Source: the human T2T-CHM13v2.0 reference genome, Homo sapiens
Strand: one strand, 5' to 3'
Assembly: GCF_009914755.1 (NCBI RefSeq)
Contig: NC_060929.1
Length of the DNA stretch: 64,000 bases
Numbering within the stretch: position 1 is the stretch's first letter; the number at the start of each line of letters is the position of its first letter. Under the pieces are notes generated by a model, which was given only the letters and a program-made list of their open reading frames with translations, ran no database searches and was not told the origin of the DNA. The translations under genes and the position numbers were made by a program. This document shows positions 35,501 to 44,999 of this stretch, one piece after another.

Positions 35501-37561
35501 TCTTCTCTCTTTCTTTTTTAGTTAGTCCAGATAATGGTTTGTTATTTCCCTTTATCTTTTTTATAAACTAGCCTATTGTTTCCTTGATCTTTTGTATTAT
35601 CTTAATTTTGTTTATTTCTGCTCTGATTTTTATTATTTCTTTCCTTCTACTAATTTTGGGTTTGCTTTCTTCTTGATTTTTTAGTTCTTTGAGATGCATT
35701 GTTAGCTTATTTATATGACATCTTTCTAGTCTTTGATGTAGGCATTTATTACTATAAATTTGCCTCTTAATACTGATTTTCCTGTGTTCCATAGTGTTTG
35801 GTATGTTGTGTTTCTATTTGCATTTGTTTCAAGAAATTTTTCTGTTTCACCCTTAATTTCTTCCTTCATCCTTTGGTTGTTCAGGAGCATGTTGTTTAAT
35901 TTCCATGTATTTGTATAGTTTCAAATTGTCTTCTCATTTGTAATGTCTAGTTTTATTCCACTGTGGTTAGATAATATGCTTGAAATGATTTTTATTTAAA
36001 AAAAAGTTTTAAGAATTGTTTTGTATTCTAACTTATGGTCAGTCATTGAGAATATTCCATGTCCTAGTAAAAAGAATGTGTATTCTGCAGCTGTTGGGTG
36101 ATATGTTTTATAAATGTCCATTTTCTCTATGGTGCAGTTTAAATTCAATATTTCTTTGTTGATTATCCACCTAGATGATCTGTCTAGTGCTGAAAGTGGG
36201 GAATTTAAGTCCCCAACTATTATTGTATTGGGATCTATTTTTCCCTTTGGATTTGATGTTTGCTTTATATATCTGGATATATATCTGGTATTGGGTGCAT
36301 CTGAATTTACAGTTATTATATTTTCTTGTTGAAGTGATTCTTTTATTATTATATAATGTTTTTCTTTGTCTTTTTTTTTTTTTTTTTTCTGAGACGGAGT
36401 CTCGCTCTGTCGCCCAGGCTGGAGTGCAGTGGCGGGATCTACGGCTCACTGCAAGCTCCGCCTCCCGGGTTCACGCCATTCTCCTGCCTCAGCCTCCCAA
36501 GTAGCTGGGAGTACAGGCGCCCGCCACTACGCCCGGCTAATTTTTTGTATTTTTAGTAGAGACGGGGTTTCACCGTTTTAGCCGGGATGGTCTCGATCTC
36601 CTGACCTCGTGATCCACCCGCCTCGGCCTCCCAAAGTGCTGGGATTACAGGCGTGAGCCACCGCGCCCGGCCCTTTGTCTCTTTTTAAAGCTTTTAACTT
36701 GAAGTCTGTTTTGTCTGATATAAATATAGTTACTCCTGTTTGCTTATGATTTCTATTTACATGGAATATCTTTTTTCATCCCCTTACTTTCAGTCTGTGC
36801 ATCTTTATAGGTAAGGTAAGGTAAGTTGACCAGCTTAAGGGCTGATGGTAATGGCAGACCATTCCTCCAGCTAGAAGTGCAGTGGTGAGGATTGTTTTCT
36901 CTGCTTTGCAGGACCAGAGTCATAGCTGATCCTTGGCCCAAGTTCCACATAGCTGGGGTTATGGCATTCAGCCACCCATGTGGGCTTGGCATGACAAAGT
37001 TGGTACCCCAGTGCTGGAGAGGTGCAGTGGCTACTGGCTTCAGAGTAGGGCACACTCCAGAGGTGGCTCTGGTCTCAAGATGGAACCAGGTTTCAGCTGC
37101 TTGGCTCACAGGGTGTGGGGGTGGGGTAGGGAGTACACACCATGTGCTCCTAATTTGGAACAAGGCAATCGCATGAAGTCCTGACAGCTCTCCAAATTCA
37201 ACTCAGGGATTCTGAGGACTGTGGGATTCTCCTGTTGTAAAAATTGTGGGTGTTTGAAGTGGCAATGGGGGTCGGTGAAAATTTTCTGCTTATGTTTTCC
37301 TTGCAATGGGGAGTCCTTCCTGACTCTAGGCTGATCATATTTGGATGGGGTTGATGGGGCTGCAGATGCTGCGTGCTTCCATTCTGCCCTCCTGAACTTC
37401 CAATCACCTCAGGTGCCTCTCCACTTCAGTACTCTCCCATTGACTCTCCTGTCAAATCTTAGCTGTTTATTTGTTGTCTTGGTCCTTGCTTGCAGACCAG
37501 CTATCTCTAGTCAGCTAGAATGCCAGCTATCTCTAGTCAGCCATCTTGCTGACGTCACTCC
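32553..37561 (-). mobile_element. L1MA-type LINE-1 with intact 5' terminus, most of ORF2 and 3'UTR, but lacking ORF1
   Basis: L1MA 3'UTR at the left end and ORF2 remnants ([19 protein letters not shown] in ORF 34154-34375, SRRKEIIKIRAEINKI in ORF 35568-35792). 5' end reads GGAGTGACGTCAGCAAGATGGC on the minus strand. Degenerate 15-bp TSD AAAACATATTATCTT (32538-32552) / AAGACATAGTGTCTT (37562-37576). Confidence 0.9.
36372..36672 (-). mobile_element. AluYa5 (human-specific young Alu) nested in the L1
   Basis: CpG-intact Alu with the five Ya5 diagnostics in sense orientation (ATCCCGGC, CTAAAACGG, GCGTAGTGG, TACTTGGG, ATCCCGCC). TSD CTTTGTCT at 36364-36371 and 36673-36680. Confidence 0.95.
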
Positions 37562-39499
37562 AAGACATAGTGTCTTGAAGCCTTTCCTTAGAAGCATCAA
37601 AGGAGACGCGAGGATTGTTTATTTGTTTATATCTTTAGAAAAAATAGCTCAGTATTAATGATTGAAAAAAAATTTAGTCCCATCCACTTTAAGCTCATGT
37701 TTTTGTAGCTCCTCAGATCTTGGCAATATTAACAACTTCAGCACTTATTATAAGACTATATAAACCAGCAAAGCACTTCTTAGGTATTTATGTTTCCCTT
37801 GCTGAAGTTTTGAAAACATTTTGGTTGTCTCCCATGGGATGTGATTTCCAAATTCTCAAATTACCCTCTGTTGCTTCCTTTTCCAAAAGATAAAGAGCTA
37901 CATTGCATGCTTCTTTCTCAATACTGTGTATACTTAATGACATTTTTAAAACAAGATTTTTTTCCTTCTTTTTTGTTTCCCCAGATGCAGATACAAGTGA
38001 AGGATAAAATTTACCAAGTAGTGTATTGAGTGTCTATTGCTGAGTCCTCAAAAGCCATGCATCACTCCAAAAAGTAAAAGGATCTTAATCTTTTAGCATT
38101 TCTTCTCTTTTAACTCTCTGACAATCTCATTTCTCTGAGTATTAAGAACATAAATGTAGTGTCTACTTATACATAAATGGGGTCATCTACTTCTGACATC
38201 CTCATATTGGTTAATTTGGTAAAGAGCTGCTTGAACTGTCCTTACATTGAATCCATTCAGCAGCTCTTGCTACTTGTCATAGTAGCTCAGACAGTTTCAT
38301 CCAGGGAGGGTATCCACTGAGAAAGAAGGTTGATGAAACTGGATCCTTTCACTCTGACACATACTTCTTGAAAAAGTTTCTAGAATGGGTATACACAATG
38401 TACATTTCTGGTCTTTTGATGCATTTTCCTCATTATCTAGATTTTCATATGTGTAGTCATTTAGACAAAGTTCCTTTTCTTTGCACTGCTATATTCAGTC
38501 AACTGTTGACTATTTCATTAACCCTCTCCTTATGGTCCTAAACTAGGACCTAGTTTACATCCTATCTAGTTGAAAGTGCTTCTTTATTTATTTTCTGGCA
38601 GTGCCACACAGTTTTTTTTTTTTTGTTCTATTTAGAGCTTTTCTTTGTTGTATATGTTTATATATTTTATTATTACTTTCATGAGCAAGCAGAGCCCAGC
38701 AATTCCCAGGGGATGAACAGTCTATAGTACATATCTTTTAAAAATGGCATATGTCAAAAATTCAGATTATTGTTTCAAAGCAAAAAGTCAAAAGACTTCA
38801 CTAGTACTTGAAGGGGTAAAGCAAAGAAGAATATGGAGGTGAGGGGTGGAGATATCAGACCTAAATTACACATTTCATCTTCTGGAAACCTCAGCCAATC
38901 CCTTCTTTCTTCAGAATCCCATGAGCAGACTATCAAAGACCCATCTCCCTCTGAGCCTTCCTCAGTAATATCCTCCTTTCCTTTTGAACTTACCAACTTT
39001 AATCCTGGCAGTACTATTTACCCTACCTTCCTGAGTCATTCTGTGGACATTGTCAAGGCTTGTTTCTCTCTCCCACTCCACTAGCTAATGTGTATATAAA
39101 CTGATAGTTTATACATTCAGTGTGTACTTTGGTTTAGTTCTTTGTGCTTGTGTCCAAATGCATAGCACATTTGTCTATCAGAAATGTTGAGCAAGGGGAA
39201 AAAAGCAATCAGAAATCAAGTTTGATTTAGTTCAAGTTGACATTTATAAAAATAAAGAGTTGAGCCAGGCTGTGGACAAAGTAGAAGGGGGTCTGTCTGC
39301 CCTTCTTACTGTTTATATTAGTAAGATGAGTAAGGCAGTGAGAAGTTAGAGATCTCTATTTTAGACTATAAGCTTTTGAGGGAGTGCACAGTAACACTTT
39401 TAAAATATATTGCTATATCTTTTAGAATGATATTTGGAAAAATGTTGCCTTTAATATCACCATATTTTAACTTGTCCAAACACAGAGGTTTTAATAAGG

Positions 39500-39756
39500 C
39501 AGTGATCTCCAAGCCTCTTTAATTGTGCATCTTTATTAGTAAAAAAAGTGGAATGTATAGTCCCAATACACAGACATATCTATATGGATTATTCACGTAT
39601 ATTACTTTTACTTTATATATTATAAAGCATAAAAATTAAAGTTAAAAATGAATAAGATAAAAATAATTTTTGAATAAAATTATAATATTTTACCCACACC
39701 CTAATGGATTACTCAAGCAAGTCTGCCGTACATGTACCCAATGATAGAGGCAACTG
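39500..39756. mobile_element. hAT-Charlie MITE, MER112-like
   Basis: Termini CAGTGATCTCCAA... and ...GAGGCAACTG, an AT-rich core, and CCCACACCCTAATGGAT. Confidence 0.7.
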
Positions 39757-39789
39757 TATTTGACTATTTTCTTGCGATATCATATCTTA

Positions 39790-40500
39790 AGAATGACTAA
39801 GTCCTGGCAGTTATATCTCTGAATTTATCTCAAATTACCACTTCTTTTCTTTTCCCACCACTGTGGCTTTCAATTAGAATCTCTTCAACAACCCTTACCT
39901 GAACTCTCTTGCTAGTCTCCTTGCTTCCTTTAGCTCTTCTTCCCAATGCACACTTTACCCAGTGGCCTGGATGCTCTCTCCAAAATTCAGTACTCATTGG
40001 TCTCTGCTCTGCTCAAGTCCTTCATTGGCTCTGCATTGCCTACAAGACAGAGCTGAAAGCTCTGAGCATCACACAGACTGTCCTTACTCACCTTTCTAGT
40101 TTGCCTTCCTCCTTTCCCACCTGACTCTCTAGCTATGTTAAATTGACTGCAGCTTTTGAAGGCACCCTTCTTTCTTTTATTTTCACCTTTGTGATATTTT
40201 ATCTTCCAGAGATGGCCCTTTCTTCTTGTCTGCTTATCAAACCTCAATATTCAGCTTAAATATCACTTCCCTTAGAAGGTTCTCTTTACTTCCCTTTGCA
40301 GAATTAAGCACTTGTCTTCCTGTGTTTAACACCTGTTTGTGTCAAATTGGGGCAATTATCATACTACTCAAACAATTTCTTTCCATGTCTCTGTGCTCCT
40401 AAATGATGGAAACTATGCTCTTTTTTATTTTCTATATTAGGCGTGAAGCAACTGCCTGATCTTCCTTAATAAACAGAGTAGATGCACAAATATTAATTGA
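39790..40500 (+). mobile_element. L2 3' region
   Basis: AAGTCCTG...TCTCAAAT...CTCTGCTCAAGTCCTTCATTGGCTCTGCATTGCCTACA...TCAGCTTAAATATCACTTCC. Confidence 0.7.
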
Positions 40501-40689
40501 ACAGTGTATAATTTTGGTGGCAGTGAAGGAAACATTTTAGTGGGCAGTCTTCAACAAATAAACAAAAATATTTATACAATATATAGGAAAAATACTTCTT
40601 GTCTAGAGTTTTTATTATTTTTTTTCACAGTTCTTCAGCTTTAAGGTCATTTTCAAAGTCATGCCTCTTATATTGACCAGTCAAAATAA

Positions 40690-40870
40690 TTAATAAGGAT
40701 AACAATAAATAACATTTATGAGTGTTTACTATTTGGCACTGTGATAAGCAATGTATTGCAATATCTAAGTTAGCTATTTCGTAGCCCTGTGAAGTATTTC
40801 ATTACTAGTATTTCATTCATCTTGCACATGAGCAAGTTAGTGAGGTTCTGAAGGGTGCAGGGTGACTCTT
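40690..40870 (-). mobile_element. MIR
   Basis: AATAACATTTATGAGTGTTTACTAT..GGCACTGTG...AGCCCTGTGAAGTA. Confidence 0.6.
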
Positions 40871-42158
40871 TCCAAGGAAGTGAAAATGACAAGGTTTAGT
40901 AGATTTCTAACTACAGGATGTTTACCCAGATGTTCTGCTGTCTTCAGGCTGCATATCTCCAATTCTCTTTTCAGAATACCTACCCTGAAATTCAGTTCCT
41001 TCCATGCTAGGTTGGAACATTTCCAGTGTTCTTAGGATAGCTACAAGTTAAATGTAATAAATATGACGGGTTTACATAATGTATGTTGCATACAGTTCCT
41101 AAGAGTTGAGAACTCTTCAGAAGTCTCCGGACCAGACTGTTTATATTTAAGTCAGATGATTTCTTTCACTGAGTGTTTCGGCTTCACTACATTATCTCTT
41201 GTGTGATATTATCATCTGCCATAGTTGAGATAAATACTCCTGCAAATGCAGTTTTTTTGTTTGTATATGTTTTGGATAATTCTTATTACATCAACAACCT
41301 CAGCAGAAATTGATGCTAAATTCATTATTGATTTATCATTCTTCATGGATACCATAATGAGATTGGCCTCAGAAATAAATAGGTGGACAGGGAGACAGCT
41401 TAAAAAATTGTGTTTGCTTTTTATTACGTCAAAATGTTGTTTGCTAATTTTTTAATTAGAAAATTATAATCCATATGATATTCACTAGAAATTTGCAACA
41501 AAGATGAGACAAAAGCAGTAAGACGAGAAGAATTGAATGATGCCAAATAAATTTAAAATGTGAAAAAAAATCTTTCAGTTTACTCAACTGCACAAAATGT
41601 ACAGGTGTTACAGTAGTATTTTCTTTCTTTCTGGTTTGGAATAAGTCATTATTTGATAAAGTAGGTAGGTAAGTGACTATTTCAGTAAGTAACCTGAGAA
41701 CAATTCTGCTCCTCTGAATGTGAGAATGAAAAAGATTTTTTCTTTAACAAAATTTTAATAGAAACTATGAACAACTCATAGTAAAAAAAAATTGAAAACA
41801 AATTGGATTTTACATTTGATAAAGAAAATATTTTGAAAATCCTTTGGAAAATGTGAGCTATTTAAGATTCATTTATTATTTTCTGTATTCAGTAATATTT
41901 AATACAATTCATCACACATGTAAGACTGTACAAGCCTTCACAAAGCAAACTAAATAGATTTCTATTTACTAGGATCACATGTACTGCAACAGACACCATT
42001 GAAAACATACCCAGAATGGGATATAGTTAAATATCCAATTCAAACATCTAAAGACATGATTATGTGAGTAATTATTGATTATCCTGTATTTGGATTTCAC
42101 TGTGTTGGTATTTGAGAGATGGCTAGTGACTGTATTGTCATATTGTCATCAAGACTTT

Positions 42159-42289
42159 CTTTTTTATTTTTTTTTAAATGGGGTCTTGCTATGTTTGCCA
42201 GGTTGGTCTTGAATTCTTGGCCTCAGCAATGCTCCTGCCTCAGCCTCCCAAAGTACTAGGATTACAGGCATGAGCCACCACACCCAGCC
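42159..42289 (-). mobile_element. Free left Alu monomer (FLAM_C-like)
   Basis: Single left arm with poly(T). TCATCAAGACTTT is duplicated at 42146-42158 and 42294-42306. Confidence 0.85.
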
Positions 42290-42479
42290 CTCATCATCAA
42301 GACTTTTAATTGCAGTTATCACCTGCACTTTCTTCCCATTTAACTAGGAAAAGCTTTATAGGTAAAATGGGTTTTCAAGAGGATCCTGAGTACAAATGCA
42401 GGAAGATCAGCATATAGTAAAAAAAACAAAGAAGATAAAGAATTAGTAAAAGAAAACTTCAAAAGGATCTCATTTAGTC

Positions 42480-43480
42480 CAGATTTATGCCAGTGACTCA
42501 TATATATACTTTTACCCTGACCTAGCTCCCAAACTCCAGATTTACATACATGCTTGCTTGTCATCTCCACTTAGACGTCTAAGAATACTTTCAGATACAT
42601 ATGTTTAAGATAAAATTCTTGCTCCCACCCTCTCCCCATTCCCCAACATGTTGCTTCCCTAGTGTTCTCCATCTCAGTAAACAGCACGATCATCCATCCA
42701 CCCAGCTATAAGTCCTCTAGAATCTAACTCCAAAACGTGTCCAGATCCATTCACTTTCTGTCCCTTTATGCCACCACTAGCTGTTGTCCAAGCCACTATC
42801 ATCCCCTGCCAGATTACTTCCACAGTGTATCACCAGTCTGCAGTCTCACAGAGGTCAGCATTACATTTGCCAGCTTAATGCAAATGGTAGCACATCTCCA
42901 TTTAAAGCATTCCAATGGCTTCTAACTCTTAAAAAGTAGAACTCAGACTCCCTAGCAAGACTTTAAGGATCTACATGATCTGGTTCCTAATCTGATTTTT
43001 CTTCTACCTCATTTTTTATCACTCTCCCCTTAGAAGCCTGCCTCAAATGCCATATTCCTTATTTTTAACTGATGATTCTTCTTGCTTTAAACTCTTTGCA
43101 CATAGCTGTTTCCCACAAAACAATTCTTTCTTCTGATCTTCACTTGTCTTCCTCCTTCTGGTCATTCAGGTGTCACTTTTTCAGAGAGGTATCACTTCTT
43201 CAGCAGGACTTTCTACTGCCATCCAGTTTAAAGTAGCCTTCCTTCTCATCCCCTGAAGTCACTTTGTCTGACATCAACTTGTTTCATTTTCTCCTTAACG
43301 CTTAAACTACCAGAAATCACTGTGTGTATTTATCACCTTATTAGTTCACTATATGACTTACTAGTCCATAGTCACCTTGGAGGAGGGTTCCAGGGCCACT
43401 TATTCACCTCTGTGTCACCCATATTGAGAATAGCCCATAATCCGTAGTAGATTGGTAAATGGTTGTCAAATAAAACAATA
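42480..43480 (+). mobile_element. L2a 3' region
   Basis: CTCCCAAACTCCAGA...CATCTCCACTTAGA...CCATCTCAGTAAA...TCCAATGGCTTC...TTATTCACCTCTGTGTC. Confidence 0.75.
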
Positions 43481-44629
43481 GAAACTAATAGACTCATTGA
43501 CTTTTCAGGAGTTAGGAGAGAAAAGGGAGTTTGAGAAACTTGATTTCCAAGGGTGCAGTCTTAATCTATGGGAAGAAATATCTGAGATCATCTGTGTATC
43601 AATGGGGGTAAGCATCCACACTCACTCGTTGAATAGATTCAATTTATGACTGTCAAAGGAACTCACTTAGTCAAGTCTGATCTATGTACTACTGGTACAC
43701 TATTTAATATGCATGTTGTGAAGTAAGGATGAAGCTGCTTGAATTTTTCTGCTTTTTTGTACAATTTATAAAAACAGGTGAAGTTGTAGGGTGGCTTGCT
43801 ACTTAGCCAAGGGACTAACATTATTATTACTCACTTAAGCAATGTTTCAAGTTCCATTGTCTTTGCAATTACTTCAGAGATGAGCGATGAGAGCACAAAA
43901 CTAAACTGGTAAAATAAGCCAACTACAGCTGGAGACCATTAACAGCAAAATTGGGTATGCAGAAGAGAGCAGTGGGAAGCTGCAGTTATCTCAACTGGAG
44001 AAGCCATGTGGAAGTTAACAACATTGCGCTGAATCCTGATCCACAAATAGTACCAACAATGCTTTCTGATGTTATTCTTTCTGCCTCCAAGCTTCACAAA
44101 GCCCTCCATTGATTCTTTCACTTATTCTAACAGTTTCATGTGTGTCTATAAATTGGAAAAATATAAGGCAAAATAGTGAGTGCCCCTGGAATTGGGAACA
44201 AGATGTTAAAACATCTCTGAAATTGAAGCCAATGACCATCAAAACACAATGGCAAAGATGAGCCTCACAGAGAAGTAACTGAAGCTCCTGGGAATGATTT
44301 GTAAGAGTTTTGCTGCTAAGCCTAAGGTGTCTCCTAAATCTTATCAATACTAGAAGTTATTATAATTCCCTTCTGGGAAATATTAAGCTAAAATAAGATA
44401 AGATATATAATTTTGTCTGCCAAGAGGTTGCTTTCAGTACAGAACATCTCTGCATGGGGTGGGATGGGAGTGGCAAAGAAGTGGGGAAGTAGATATGTTT
44501 GACTGCTAGCTTATTTCTGAAACAGACATTGGTCAAGTTACCGGCAGCCCATCTCTCCATCAAACTTCATCTAGCTTCAAAATCCCATATGAGGAAGGGA
44601 AGCACACCTTCTTTTTACAAGTTAGGGGC

Positions 44630-44983
44630 TGATATGGTTTGGCTGTGTCCCTATTCAAATCTCAATTTGAATTGTATCTCCCAGAATTCCCATATGTGGG
44701 AGGTACCCAGAGGGAGGTAGGTAATTGAATCATGCGTGCCCGTCTTTCCCGTGCTATTCTCATGATGGTGAATAAGTCTCACGAGATCTGATGGGTTTAT
44801 CAGGGGTTTCTGCTTTTGCTTCTTCCTCATTTATTCTCTTGCCGCTGCCATGTAAGAAGCACTTTTGCCTCCCGCCGTGATTCTGAGGCCTTCCCAGTCA
44901 TGTGGAACTGTAAGTCCAATGAAACCTCTTTTTCTTCCCAATCTCGGGTATGTCTTTCTCAGCAATGTGAAAACAGACTAATA
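44630..44983 (+). mobile_element. MaLR solo LTR, THE1A-like
   Basis: TGATATGGTTTGGCTGTGTCCC start, GAATAAGTCTCACGAGATCTGATGG, and end GAAAACAGACTAATA. Confidence 0.92.
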
Positions 44984-44999
44984 TCTTACTCCCTAAAAA

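Noticed and set aside
34154-35792. L1 ORF2 fragments as coding genes
   Set aside because: Degenerate, frameshifted pieces of a dead L1. The same applies to the ORFs at 53691-54428.
36372-36672. CpG-rich segment as a CpG island
   Set aside because: Fully explained by the young AluYa5.
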